From: an uncultured virus (IMG/VR IMGVR_UViG_3300030101_003361)
Lineage: Duplodnaviria; Heunggongvirae; Uroviricota; Caudoviricetes
IMG/VR virus record: IMGVR_UViG_3300030101_003361
Location: 1-64,000 of that record
DNA length: 64,000 nucleotides
Reading direction: 5' to 3' (one strand)
The position numbers were made by a program, and so were the translations under genes. The notes under the pieces are model-generated. The model saw only the letters and a program-made list of their open reading frames with translations, was not told the origin of the DNA and did no database searches. Below, piece by piece: positions 29,607 to 41,600 of the stretch. Position 1 is the stretch's first letter, and every line of letters starts with the position of its first letter.

Positions 29607-30529
29607 TGGCAATATCAAGAAAACCTTTAGACGTAGATAATTACTCTGCATTAGATGGCGGAACAGGATTAGCAATACCCGGATATTATAGCCGTGTTAA
29701 TTTAAATGACATAATAAATAACTTTATAGTTGGTTATACCGGTGATGGCAAAGTATTACCTAAAATACAAAGATATGATGTTGCTTTTTGGGCCCAGAGA
29801 TCAGTCCAAGAATTTAGTTATGATATATTTCATTCAGAAAAAGCAATAGAAATTGAATTGAACAGTACATTGCAAATATCTTTACCTTCAGATTATGTTA
29901 ACTATGTGGATATCTCATGTGTTGATAATAATGGTGCTTTAAAACCTATACAAAATAATAAAGTTGTAAAGGCTAGTAAAGCTGTTGCACAAGATAATGA
30001 ATATAAATATTTGTATGATCAAGAAGGGAATATTATTTTTAGAGAAACATCGGAAGGCTTAAAAAGATTTAAAGAAAGTACAGAAGCTTTACCTGAAAGA
30101 GATTATGAAAATTACTACGACGGCTACTACGAGGATAATGATTTAACCGCATATGGTAGAAGATATGGATTGGATCCACAAAGGGTAAATATAAACGGTA
30201 CTTATGTATTAGATCTTGAAGCGGGTAAAATATATTTTGATTCATATTTTACACAAGGAGATTTAATAACATTAAGATATATTTCAGATGGTTTAGGAGA
30301 TAACGGTGATTTTAATAATGTCTTAGTGCCTAAATTAGCTGAAGATGCTGTATATGCAAATATATTATATAATTTAGCAAAGTTAAGACCAGCTGCCGCG
30401 GGCGCTGCCGCATTATATAAAAAAGAAGCTGCTGCTAAAATGCGTAATGCAAAAATTAGGCTTTCAAATATGAAACTTAAAGAGATTGGCCAAGTTCTTA
30501 AAGGCAAATCTAAATGGATTAAACACTAA
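29606..30529 (+). CDS. tail ring / adaptor protein
   Basis: LP.DYVNYV and L.YISDG motifs; position. Confidence 0.65.
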   Translation: MAISRKPLDVDNYSALDGGTGLAIPGYYSRVNLNDIINNFIVGYTGDGKVLPKIQRYDVAFWAQRSVQEFSYDIFHSEKAIEIELNSTLQISLPSDYVNYVDISCVDNNGALKPIQNNKVVKASKAVAQDNEYKYLYDQEGNIIFRETSEGLKRFKESTEALPERDYENYYDGYYEDNDLTAYGRRYGLDPQRVNINGTYVLDLEAGKIYFDSYFTQGDLITLRYISDGLGDNGDFNNVLVPKLAEDAVYANILYNLAKLRPAAAGAAALYKKEAAAKMRNAKIRLSNMKLKEIGQVLKGKSKWIKH

Positions 30530-30532
30530 CGT

Positions 30533-33500
30533 ATGCCAGAAATTAAAAGGGTATTTAATGCTAGCCGAATGAATCAAGATTTAGATGATCGGTTAGTAGT
30601 CCCAGGTGAATATCGCGAAGCATTAAATATAAATGTAAGCAAGTCAGAAGGTTCTGATATAGGTGCTATAGAAAATCTTAAAGGAAACAAAGAGATTGTA
30701 AATACCTCTATCTCAGGGGCAAAGACTATTGGTGTATTAAGAGATAACGGTAATGAAAAAATATATTATTTTATTACTAACAATAATAGCTTCGACCATT
30801 CAAACAGTAGCAATAAGCAGCATCAAATAATAGAGTATGATCAAAAAGCAGATAAATCTATTATTTTAGTAAATAGTAATGCTTTAAACTTTCATACGCA
30901 ATTTCCTATAACAGGTATAAATCTTGTAGATACATTGTTATTTTTTACAGATGATAGAAACCCTCCTAGAAAAATAAATGTTGATACTGCAAGAAATGAA
31001 CCTGGTAAGTATAATTTAGCATCAGATATAGATAATCTTATATCTGTAGCTAAGTATGCTCCTTTTACTGCAGCAGAAATATTAGCATTATCAAATACTG
31101 ATGAAACCGGTGCTGTAATCACATCAAACTTTTTAGAAAACAAACTTATAAGATTTTCATATCGTTATCAATATGATGATGGTGAATATAGTACTTTAGC
31201 TCCTTTTACTCCTATATGTTTTTCAAGATTAGGTAATCCTGATGCTATAAGTACTAGTACTATTGCAGATTTTGGTGAAATAGAAACATTTATAAACGCT
31301 GTTAAATCTGTACAATTATCTGTGCCTATACCAACAGGATATGGAATTACAGGTGTAGAACTTATATATAAAGAAACAGGTTCATCTACATTATATATTG
31401 TAGAAGACAAAACAGTTACAACAGAATCTTCTGTAAACTTTTTTTATAAATCTCAAGATCCTTTTAAAACTTTACCTTCAGATCAGCTTACAAGAATATA
31501 TGATGCGGTTCCTATAAAAGCTAAATCACAAGAGCTAGCGGGTGGTAGACTTATATATGGTAATTTTTTACAAAATTTTGATATACCAGATATATCTTTT
31601 AGTGTTGTAAGAACAGGCGAAACTTCTGCCAGGTATTCAACATTAGATACATCAATGTCTGTTAAGTCCAGAAGAACTTATCAAGTTGGTATTGTATTAG
31701 CTGATAGATTTGGCAGACAATCTCCTGTAATATTATCCGCAACGGGTAATGATACTGTATTTATTGATGCTGCATCAGGAAATGTAAATAGTACAAATGT
31801 TTTTAATGCTTTAAGAGTTTCTTTTTCTGCTGCTGCTGTAACTATTTTAAAAAATTTAGGATGGGCTTATTCTTATAGAATAGTTGTAAAGCAAAGAGAG
31901 CAAGAATATCATAATTGGATTTCAATTGTTTCTTCTGCAAATGTAGTGGCTAGATTAGGTGATAGCATAAATAAAATTCCAAGAGATCAAACTGCTGTAA
32001 TACCACCAAGTACAAGTAATACAGTATCACCTTGTGATGTTTCTGTATATCCTAAAGTATTAAATGGTGCCAACCAAACAACATCTAGTTTAACAAAAGT
32101 ACAATCAATTAATAATCCTGCAGGTACAGCTAATGTACCTACTGTAACAGATGCGGGTGCCTCAGTAACATCTGGTGTTTCTGTATATGAAACCGAACCG
32201 GTTGAATCAGATTTAGATATATTTTTTGAAACATCTACGGGTGGAGAAATAGAAGATTTAGCTAATACAGGTGCAACTATTGATGTTAGATTTTTTAATT
32301 GTTATTTATTAAATTTTACATCAGGCACACATATAGAAGTAAATAGATTAAGAGCTGGTTTTAATGAAAAAGCATTTGATGTTGGTGTTAGAGCTTATGT
32401 TGTAAAAGAAAATTTTGCAGAAGAAAGAAGATTTAATACTCTTATACATTCAAGTGGATTATTTAATTCAAGAACTAATATTAATTTTATAAATCAGTTT
32501 AATGAATCAGAAGGTGGATTAACAGTATCATTAGACCCTCAAGATGGATCTGTACAAAAGTTATATGCCGACGACACACAAGTTGTTATTTTTCAAGAAG
32601 ATAAAATATCTAGATCACCTATAGATAAAGATTTTATATTTTCTGCAGAAGGCGGTGCAATACCTGTTACAAGTAATACACAATTTTTAGGTACAATAGC
32701 TCCTTTTGCTGGAGATTTTGGTATATCAAAAGATCCTCAATCTTTTGCTACATATGGGTATGCTAGATATTTTACAGATAAAAACAGAGGTGCTGTATTA
32801 AGATTGTCTCAAAATGGTATTGTTGAAATATCTAATTCAGGTATGGGCGGCTTTTTTAGAGATGCTTTAAAAACATCTACAAACGTTATAGGCTCTTATG
32901 ATGAGTATCATGGGTTATATAATATTACTATAATTGGTGAAGGTTATCAGGGTAACGATGATACAAATTTAGCTACTGCTTCAGATAATTACTTTACAAT
33001 TTCATTTGATGAAAATGCAAAAGGGTGGTGTAGCTTTAAATCTTTTAAACAAGAAAATGGTATTAGTTTAAATAATTTATATTATACATTTAGTAATGGT
33101 AAATTATTTGAGCATAATAGAGAAGACGTAAATAGAAACACATTTTACGGAGTAACAGCAGATTCTTATGTTGAGCCTATATTAAACGATAGCCCTTCTC
33201 TTATAAAAACATTTAATAATATAAGTTACGAAGGAACATCTGGTTGGGAATTAGATTTTCTTGAAACAGATCTTTCTGAAATAGGTATTGTACCTTCCCC
33301 TATAAATGTATTTGATATATCTTTACAAATAACAAGAGCAAATTCAACTGTTGGTGCAAACACTTTAATAACAGGAGAAAGAAAAGCAAAAGCAAAACAA
33401 GGAGAAACTATTACTTGGGCTATATTTGTAGAACCTAAAAATGCAGATTTTAAATTTAATTCTGTAAATGATGTTACATTAACATATTCTGGTTCACAAA

Positions 33501-34963
33501 CTGTTAATATAACTAACCCTACTGCTATAGTTGATGGAAAATTAGTATTTAATATATCTTATACTGTTGGTACATCTAATCAAACTTTAGAATTAGCCGT
33601 TGGTGGAACAGGTGCATCACTTGCATTTACCGTTGCTCTTCTTAGTATTAGCGTAGGAGATTCTGTTTCAGATGCAGCAGTTAGCCCTACACTTGTTGAA
33701 TTAACTACAGGTGCTACATCACAAGATATAGTTGTTGCTCCTACAAGTACACATTTTATAAACCCATATAATATTGCTGTAGGAATAAGTGGATTACCTT
33801 CATTTAATGCATCAGCTATATCAGGTACTGAAACTATAAATATACAGGTTATAAATTATAGTGGTAGTAATAAATATGTATTAGATGGTATAAGACAAGA
33901 TAGTATTGCACTTACTATTGGGAAAACATATAAATTTGATCAATCTGATACTTCTAATGCAGGAGGGGGTGGTCATGGATTAAGATTTAGTATTACTCCT
34001 AATGGTACTCACGGAGGTGGTGTTGCATATACCAATGGAGTAACGGTTGTAGGCACAGCTGGACAAGCTGGTTCTTATACTCAAATAGTTGTAAGCTCAT
34101 CTACACCTAGCCCATTATATTATTATTGTGTAAATCACTCAGGTATGGGTGGTAATATTATAACTACTCCTCTTGCATATACAAGGCAAACTAATCAAAT
34201 AACATATAATGTTCCAGTTACAATGCCTGCCAATCCTACTAATGAAAATATGACTTTTTCAGGAAGTGCTACTCAATTATATACACTTACCTGGGCTAGC
34301 CCTTCAGTTGGTACATTAACACCACCTACTGGAACTTCAGTTGGAAATGCTTATACTATAAGCCCTTATGTTGCCAGTAGTCAAAGAACTGCAACATTGC
34401 GTATAAATGTAACAGGTACAACAAAAGTTATGCTGCCAAGCTCTTATGCTGTTGCATATAATGTAGAAGATACAGCTATAACAGAAACAATAACATTTGC
34501 TACTAGTTATACACAAGATTATTATGAAGCACAAATTGTACTTCCTAAAATATATGAAAATACTACAGCTACTGCAACTATAACAGGTAGCGGTGAAGTT
34601 ACTGCTGCTATGGGTAGTATAGCTAGCTCACATACTTTTAGCGCAAGTGGTAATAGTAATTTAGTAATAGGTGATGTAGCCTCTGAAAAAGCTAATATAG
34701 TTGTACAAGCAACACCTAATCAAGATTGGATATATTTAGCAGCAGCAACAGCTCAAGGCGTAGCTGTAAATCCAACTACATCTCAAGCAGTTATTGTTGA
34801 CCCAGATAATATTAATATATATGGAGGTAATTATCCTTTTACAATTAATGTTGCTGATAATACAACCGGTAGTTCTAGAACAGGTACAGTTGTAATTCAA
34901 AAATTAAATACAAGAGTTACAGGTGTTAGTAATCATACAATAAATATAACACAAAACGGATAA
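30533..34963 (+). CDS. tail stabilisation (muzzle, P22 gp10-like) protein with accessory C-terminal domains
   Basis: MN.DLDDRL...GEYREALN and FGIS.DP.SFA..G..YFTD.NRG.VLRLS motifs; C-terminal cupredoxin-like and BACON-like domains. Confidence 0.75.
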   Translation: MPEIKRVFNASRMNQDLDDRLVVPGEYREALNINVSKSEGSDIGAIENLKGNKEIVNTSISGAKTIGVLRDNGNEKIYYFITNNNSFDHSNSSNKQHQIIEYDQKADKSIILVNSNALNFHTQFPITGINLVDTLLFFTDDRNPPRKINVDTARNEPGKYNLASDIDNLISVAKYAPFTAAEILALSNTDETGAVITSNFLENKLIRFSYRYQYDDGEYSTLAPFTPICFSRLGNPDAISTSTIADFGEIETFINAVKSVQLSVPIPTGYGITGVELIYKETGSSTLYIVEDKTVTTESSVNFFYKSQDPFKTLPSDQLTRIYDAVPIKAKSQELAGGRLIYGNFLQNFDIPDISFSVVRTGETSARYSTLDTSMSVKSRRTYQVGIVLADRFGRQSPVILSATGNDTVFIDAASGNVNSTNVFNALRVSFSAAAVTILKNLGWAYSYRIVVKQREQEYHNWISIVSSANVVARLGDSINKIPRDQTAVIPPSTSNTVSPCDVSVYPKVLNGANQTTSSLTKVQSINNPAGTANVPTVTDAGASVTSGVSVYETEPVESDLDIFFETSTGGEIEDLANTGATIDVRFFNCYLLNFTSGTHIEVNRLRAGFNEKAFDVGVRAYVVKENFAEERRFNTLIHSSGLFNSRTNINFINQFNESEGGLTVSLDPQDGSVQKLYADDTQVVIFQEDKISRSPIDKDFIFSAEGGAIPVTSNTQFLGTIAPFAGDFGISKDPQSFATYGYARYFTDKNRGAVLRLSQNGIVEISNSGMGGFFRDALKTSTNVIGSYDEYHGLYNITIIGEGYQGNDDTNLATASDNYFTISFDENAKGWCSFKSFKQENGISLNNLYYTFSNGKLFEHNREDVNRNTFYGVTADSYVEPILNDSPSLIKTFNNISYEGTSGWELDFLETDLSEIGIVPSPINVFDISLQITRANSTVGANTLITGERKAKAKQGETITWAIFVEPKNADFKFNSVNDVTLTYSGSQTVNITNPTAIVDGKLVFNISYTVGTSNQTLELAVGGTGASLAFTVALLSISVGDSVSDAAVSPTLVELTTGATSQDIVVAPTSTHFINPYNIAVGISGLPSFNASAISGTETINIQVINYSGSNKYVLDGIRQDSIALTIGKTYKFDQSDTSNAGGGGHGLRFSITPNGTHGGGVAYTNGVTVVGTAGQAGSYTQIVVSSSTPSPLYYYCVNHSGMGGNIITTPLAYTRQTNQITYNVPVTMPANPTNENMTFSGSATQLYTLTWASPSVGTLTPPTGTSVGNAYTISPYVASSQRTATLRINVTGTTKVMLPSSYAVAYNVEDTAITETITFATSYTQDYYEAQIVLPKIYENTTATATITGSGEVTAAMGSIASSHTFSASGNSNLVIGDVASEKANIVVQATPNQDWIYLAAATAQGVAVNPTTSQAVIVDPDNINIYGGNYPFTINVADNTTGSSRTGTVVIQKLNTRVTGVSNHTINITQNG

Positions 34964-35202
34964 TGAGTACAATAATAACATTTCCATTTAAGGAAAAAGA
35001 AGGTAAATATTTTGCACCAATAGTTTCACAAGAAACAACATATAAGTTACAAAGTGGTTCTGTTGTTGCCGATGCTACTAAGCTTGTATCCGGTGTAAAA
35101 GGTATTTTCATGAAAGTTAGAATTAAATTACCGGCCGCAAATGCTAATGAAAAAGCTGAACTTTTTGCAATAAATTCTGAAGCAGTAAATTCAAGTAATT
35201 AA
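34963..35202 (+). CDS. probable detached C-terminal segment of the stabilisation protein
   Basis: FKEKEGKYF...SG.KG.F...ELFAINSE..NSS; TAATG-coupled. Confidence 0.55.
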   Translation: MSTIITFPFKEKEGKYFAPIVSQETTYKLQSGSVVADATKLVSGVKGIFMKVRIKLPAANANEKAELFAINSEAVNSSN

Positions 35203-35211
35203 ATAAATAAT

Positions 35212-35715
35212 ATGAATCTAATTAAATTAATTAAAAATAAATTACAATTAAAATCTTTTGACGAAAAAGTATCAGATTTTTTAGATAAAGCTTTTTTAAA
35301 AGAAAATAACGATAACTTAATACACAATAACGGAAACTTAGTAAGAGAGGATAGTAAGTTATGTGTTTTTGAACATAATTTTGCAACAGGTATATATTTA
35401 AGAAGAATGATTTTAGCACAGGGTGCTTATGTAGTAGGGTGTATACATAAAAGGGATCATGTTTGGTTTTTATTAGATGGCTACGTTACTGTAGCAACTC
35501 AAAATGGTAAACAAGATTATGTTGCTCCTTATGTAGGGTTTGCAAAAGCAGGCACTCGTAGAATAGTGTATGCTCATGAAAAAACTATATTTCAAAATGT
35601 TTTTCAAAATCCTTTTGAATATAGAAATTTAGATAAATTAGAAGAATATAATTTTTCATTAACAAAAAAAGATTATGATGATTTTATTAGAAGTAGGGAT
35701 ATTAAAAGTTCCTGA
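35212..35715 (+). CDS. cupin-like protein
   Basis: H.F..G.Y.R...G.IHK..H...L.G pattern, seen before ejection genes in podoviruses. Confidence 0.55.
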   Translation: MNLIKLIKNKLQLKSFDEKVSDFLDKAFLKENNDNLIHNNGNLVREDSKLCVFEHNFATGIYLRRMILAQGAYVVGCIHKRDHVWFLLDGYVTVATQNGKQDYVAPYVGFAKAGTRRIVYAHEKTIFQNVFQNPFEYRNLDKLEEYNFSLTKKDYDDFIRSRDIKSS

Positions 35716-36874
35716 ATTAACTTTTGCTACATCAGCATTATTAATAGGTGCTGTAGCTGGTGCTGCTGGTGGCCTTATAAAAGGTATTGGCTCTCTTTTT
35801 GGAAGAAGAAGAAAAAGAAGGGAAAGAAGAAAAGCAGAAAAAGCAGCTAAAATGATGGAAAAAAAGGTAATGAACTTTAAGTTTAAAAATGCTTATGAGG
35901 GCATGGAAGGTTCAAGTTATAAACCCACTCCTACAGATGCTGCTGATATGGCATCCGCTGCTCAAGTAGGATTACCACAATTAGGTGATCCTAAATCTAT
36001 GACCGCTATTGGTTATGATGCGCAAGGATATACTGCTTCTCAAACAAATGTTGATGGTCTTTTAAGAGGAGAAGATACAGGACTTAGTAATGAATTTTCT
36101 AATTTACAAGTATCTACGGCTGCTGCGGAAATGGCAGCTCAAGAAGCTGATCAATCATTAGCCGCATCACAGGATCTTGCTGCACAAGCAGGAACAGGGG
36201 CTGGTGGTGCTACAGCACTTGCACTGGCTGCCGCTAAATCAAAAGCAGGTATTTCAGCAGATATAGATAAGCAAGTAAAACAAAATGAAATGCTTAGAGC
36301 TCAAGGTGAAATGCAGCTTCAAAGAGAACAATTAGCTCAGCAAAATTTAGCCTCACAGTTTGATTTAGGCCAACAACAATTTAATGTTGCTGCTAAAAAC
36401 ACTGCGGCTCAATTTAGCGCTAATGCTGCTAATCAAGCAGCTGCTTTTAAAGCATCAGCTTTAAATAATGCTTCTCGTTTCAATACACAAGCTGCTAATC
36501 AATTTGCATTACAAAGTTTTGGTACAGAAGCTCAAATGAATCAGTTTAATGCTGCTCAAGCTAATCAATTTGCAAGAGATGAATTTGGAGCTATGAATAG
36601 ACTTAATTTAGCCAATGCACAAGCTGAAAATAGAGCGGCTATGTTTGCAGCCGATACAGATTTTAAAGCAAGACAAATGGCCGCTGGAGGTGATATGGCA
36701 GTACAACAGGCTCAATTTAATAGACTTGCTTCTATATATGGTATGAAAACACAGGCTATGAATAGAGCTCAAGCTGCAGATGAAAAACAAAGAGGAATGC
36801 TTTTAAGCGGGTTATCTCAAGCTGCAACTGGGGCAGGTAATGTTGTTTCAGGCAATATGGATATGATTAAATAA
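35675..36874 (+). CDS. internal virion / ejection protein
   Basis: N-terminal Gly/Ala hydrophobic segment; A/Q/N-rich QFNA..AN repeats. Confidence 0.65.
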   Translation: MMILLEVGILKVPELTFATSALLIGAVAGAAGGLIKGIGSLFGRRRKRRERRKAEKAAKMMEKKVMNFKFKNAYEGMEGSSYKPTPTDAADMASAAQVGLPQLGDPKSMTAIGYDAQGYTASQTNVDGLLRGEDTGLSNEFSNLQVSTAAAEMAAQEADQSLAASQDLAAQAGTGAGGATALALAAAKSKAGISADIDKQVKQNEMLRAQGEMQLQREQLAQQNLASQFDLGQQQFNVAAKNTAAQFSANAANQAAAFKASALNNASRFNTQAANQFALQSFGTEAQMNQFNAAQANQFARDEFGAMNRLNLANAQAENRAAMFAADTDFKARQMAAGGDMAVQQAQFNRLASIYGMKTQAMNRAQAADEKQRGMLLSGLSQAATGAGNVVSGNMDMIK

Positions 36875-36892
36875 TATTAATAAATTTTAATA

Positions 36893-38641
36893 ATGGCAAC
36901 ATATTTTAGTAAAGGTTTTGGAAGTATTCCTATAGTTAAAAATCCTTTTCCTGTATATACAGATGCAGACTTTGTAGATGAAGGTATGAAAGCAGGAGCA
37001 CAAGATGCTGCTCGTATTTTACAAGCTCAACAAAACCAAAGAAGAAATCGAATTAATCAGCAAAGAGAAGATAGATTAGCGGCACAAGAGGCAGAGATAA
37101 GAGCTAATAATCATCGTACAACAATAAATTCTTGGCGAATAACAGATACTACTGAGTACGATAATTTAAATTTAGCTAAAGGTAATTTTTCGGCAAAATT
37201 AATTGAAGTAGCTAATCAAGCTGATGTAATGCGAAATAAACCTATTTCAGAAGGAGGTATAAGTAATTCTACATATCAATCTATTATGTCAGAGTTAGAG
37301 GGACAAATACCACAATTTAAAATAGCGGCAGAAGCTTTTGAACAATTAGGTGAAAAATATTTAGCTGGAGTTGAAGCAGGTAATTTATCTAATGCTAATC
37401 TTCCTGAACAAATGCAACCTCTTGTAGAAATACTTACTAATAATGCTTCTTTAGAATTTCAAAATATGAAAAACGGGCAAGTAAAACTTGTGGGAACTTA
37501 TAATAATGAAGAAGGCAAAAAAGAACAAATAGAAGTTCCTTTATCACAAATAGATAGACTTCCTGGAGTATTATATAAACCTGAAACTGCTATAAAAGAT
37601 TATACAGATACAGAAGTAGGTTCTGTTATTGAAGCAAAAATTAATGATTCTATTAGAAAAGACGGAGATGGCTTAACCTCTTTGAACTATGAAAAAATTG
37701 AAAATGGAAAACTAAATGATGTTGCTAGTACTTCTTTTACTACATATTTAGATGCGCTGGGAGAAGGCGATGAAATTAAAAAATATGCGCAATATGCTTT
37801 AGATACAGATGATTATACTCTTAATACAGTAAATACATTTATAGATGATGTAACTAAAAGTGCTATAGAATCTGGTGATAAAGAATTAGCAGATAGATTA
37901 GATAAGGGTGGTACTTATGAAGATATTGAAGCAATACTTACAAGTAAAAGTTTAATGAATAATGCTGAAGGCAAAAGAGTACCTATTGGTGAAGCTTTTA
38001 AATCTCATTTAAAAACAAAATATGTTAATGATTTTTATAATCAATATAACGATGCTTTAGCAAGGAAGAAAGGAGATACAGGTAAAATTGCCTTTACTGA
38101 TCAAGCAGATGAAATTAAAGCATTTGAAGCAAAAGAAAAGCTTTTAAAATCTAAAGCCGATATAGCTAAATTAACAACTCCTTCACCGTCAGGAAAAGAA
38201 TCTAATATTACAAAGTTTGACGACTCATTAAAAGGATTTACTAATTATTTTATAAAACTCAAAGGGGCTAATAAATTCGAAGATGATTATTCATTTAATG
38301 AAAAAAGTGATAGAGAAAAAATAAAAGAAATTGCTAAAAAATTAAAAAATACTCCCAATTTGGGTAATCTTGTACTTGGACAACAACGAATAGAGGTTGG
38401 TGATGATGGTAAGCTGGAACGGGTTTATTATAATGATATAGGTGATGAAAAAACCGATTTTAAAAATATGGATGAAGCTATAAAAGAAGGCTTTTATCCT
38501 AGATTTGTTCTAAGAGGTCAAAAGTTTGCACCAGTTGATGGTATAACATTAGAAGAAGTATTAGATCCTAAAAAGCTTGATGAATATATACGAAACGGTA
38601 GTAGTTTAGATAATGTAAATAATAATCCGAAGATTAAATAA
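36893..38641 (+). CDS. internal virion / ejection protein
   Basis: 582 aa, helical and charged; position. Confidence 0.6.
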   Translation: MATYFSKGFGSIPIVKNPFPVYTDADFVDEGMKAGAQDAARILQAQQNQRRNRINQQREDRLAAQEAEIRANNHRTTINSWRITDTTEYDNLNLAKGNFSAKLIEVANQADVMRNKPISEGGISNSTYQSIMSELEGQIPQFKIAAEAFEQLGEKYLAGVEAGNLSNANLPEQMQPLVEILTNNASLEFQNMKNGQVKLVGTYNNEEGKKEQIEVPLSQIDRLPGVLYKPETAIKDYTDTEVGSVIEAKINDSIRKDGDGLTSLNYEKIENGKLNDVASTSFTTYLDALGEGDEIKKYAQYALDTDDYTLNTVNTFIDDVTKSAIESGDKELADRLDKGGTYEDIEAILTSKSLMNNAEGKRVPIGEAFKSHLKTKYVNDFYNQYNDALARKKGDTGKIAFTDQADEIKAFEAKEKLLKSKADIAKLTTPSPSGKESNITKFDDSLKGFTNYFIKLKGANKFEDDYSFNEKSDREKIKEIAKKLKNTPNLGNLVLGQQRIEVGDDGKLERVYYNDIGDEKTDFKNMDEAIKEGFYPRFVLRGQKFAPVDGITLEEVLDPKKLDEYIRNGSSLDNVNNNPKIK

Positions 38642-38642
38642 T

Positions 38643-41600
38643 ATGCCAACATTTAGATTAGCAAACGGTGAAATACGTGATATATCAGATGATGAACTTC
38701 AGGCTTTTTTATTAACTGAAGAAGGTAAAAATGCAACACAGATTGAAACTTCAAATCAATCTGAAGAGGAAGTAATAGGCCCTAAAAAAACTGTAGAACC
38801 ACAAAATTTTAATCGTTTTATTATACCTAGTTTTGAGGACAAAAATAATTTAAAAGAAATACCCACAGATGCTAATGCCGTTTATAAATCTTTAGATAAT
38901 AAATTTAAAGATATTAAACCTAGTTCTTTAGGAGATAAAGAATATGAAAAAAAATCTAATGAAATATTTAATAGCTTTTATGAAGACCCTCAGTTTAAAA
39001 ATATGCAAAACGCTATTTTAGAACAAATAAAACCTAAAGTTGATAAAAAAAGAAAAGAACTAGAAGAAAAAATTAGAAAAAATAAAATATTTTATACAGA
39101 AGCCAATAAAGAGCTTAACAATTATAGCAATACTTTATTTGCTCAGGCAGCGGGTAATTCTTCTAGTATGAATAATCTTATTAAAACATATGAAGATGCT
39201 TTCAATAAAAATGTAAATAATCAATATAATGAATTTTTAACACAAGAGGAAAAAGAAAAAAAAGAACAATTAAGAGATAACTATTTAGATAATAGCTCTT
39301 TTTTTGGAAATATTCCTTTACCTAAAAGCTTTAAAGCGGGTATTGCTTCTTCTTTTCTTGAATTAAGATCAACTCCTGAAAATATTGCATTAAAATCTTC
39401 TCAAGATAGAATAAATAAATTACAAACAAGGCTAGATGATATTACATCGGGTAGAAGAGGAGCAAGAATGCTTAAAGAGGCAGAAGAAGCATCTAAAAAA
39501 TATGGAGGTTTTAGTTTTACGCCTTCAAAAGATGAAATTCTTCAAAGAAAATTAAATAATTATATTGATGAAAAAAGCAGACCAATTAAAGGAGATCCTA
39601 TAGAGTATTATACAAAAGAAATACAAAAAGAACAAAATAGATTTGCTGAAAATTATGTTAAGTCTAAAAGATTTGAACCTATTTTAGAAGCATTAGGTAA
39701 TAATGCTTTTTATGATGAAGATGGTATAACTTTTAGAGACGTACAACAAGGTCTTGGCCAGCAAACTGTATATACCGGTATGGCTATGATGTCTGGAGGT
39801 TTAGCAAATTATTTTTTAGAAAAAGGCCAAATTATAAAAGAAACATTAGATACCGCTTTAGCTGAAAAAGCTAAATCTATGGATAAGAATGTAAGTGAAT
39901 TATCAAACTTTGAACAAATTGATTTATTACAAGAAATGTTTGATAATAATGAAATAGATCTTAAAACCTCTGATATAACTGCTGCACTTGTTGCAGCTTC
40001 AGAAAGGGTTGGAGCTGGTTTTTTACTTGGTAAAGGCGCTCAATTTTTAACTAAAGGACTGGTTAAAGCAACACCTAAACCTGTTTTTAAAGCTTTTCAA
40101 AAAGGTTATATAAAACAAGGATTGAAAAATGCTAAAGTTAATGCAACTAATTGGAGAAATTATATTAATCCCACTGTAAGTGTATTAGGGGAGGCAACAA
40201 CAGAAGGGTTTATTCAAGAACCTTTAATAATAGCAGGTGTAAATGAAGCATTAAAAAAAGTTAAAGATGCTGATGGCAACAACTTAAGTATTAATGTTTA
40301 TGACCCTATGCGTTTAAAAGAATCTTTTACCCAAGCTGCTTTTGCGTCTCCTGGTATAAGTGCTGGTGCTAGAGCAATAAGAAAAGCTAGAAAAGAAGCT
40401 TATAGAGGTTTATTTGAGCAAGGTTCTAATACAACAAGAGATCAAATTAATGTAAGAAGGAAAAAAGCTAAAGATAAACTTGATAAAGGAGCAATTACCG
40501 AAGAACAATATATACAAGAAATTGATGAATTAGATACTGTAGAAGATTTAATTTATAGTAGAAGAATTGACAAGTTTGACCCTAAAACAAGAGTTAAATT
40601 TGGTGAGCTAGCATTAGAGCAACAAAAATTATTACAGGAAAGAGAAACATTAAAGAATTCATTGTCTGATAGACCATTTGATGTAAAAAAATCTGAAAAA
40701 AATAAAGAGAACTTAGCTAACGTACAAGAACAAATGCAAATTATTTTAGCTGAGCAACAATATTTAGCTTCAGATAAAACACTTGGTAAATATATAAATG
40801 AACAAGAAGATGGGGTATTTGCTAATACTACATATAAAAATTTTAAAACAAGAAAAGCTTTTGAAAAATGGGCTAAAGAAAATAACTTAGATAAAAAGTC
40901 AGTTGCAGAGGGCCTTATTAATAATGAAAATTTTGCTGGATATTTACCACAAGGCGAAAAAACATTTTTGGTTACAATAGATCAAAATGTCAGGCAAGCT
41001 TTCCGAGGTAAAGGGGGTGTTGTAGGTGCTGGAGTGGCCGCTAATGTGGTACATCATGAGGCTATGCATGTTATCCAACAAAATTTGGATAATGAAACTA
41101 TGTCTGACTTAATAGCAGAATTAGAATCTATAAGTAAAAATGATTCTAAAATAAGTAGAATTTTAATGGCCACTGAGCGTAGATTACTAATTGATGGTCT
41201 TATGCCAGGAACTGAACAATATAATAAAGAATATTTTACATCTATATCTGATTTTTTAAGAGGTGAAAATTTAACAGAAGAAAATGTTACTGTTGAAGAT
41301 GCAGGCATTCTTGCTGAAATTGGTGAAAAATTAACTAAGTTTTTAGGTAATGATACTTTGGATGTTTTAAATTTTGAAAATGTAAAATCTGGTGAAGATG
41401 TTATACCTTTTTTATTAAAATATAATGAATTTAATGGTAAGCCAGTTGAACAATTAAAACTACCTTCATCTGTAAAAACATCTCAATCAACACCAGATGA
41501 AAAAGAGATTGTTGAAGAATTAAGATTAATAGAAGAAAGAGAATCTGAATTTAATATTACACCAGAAACTAGAGCAAGAAGAGAAGAATTACAAAGATCA

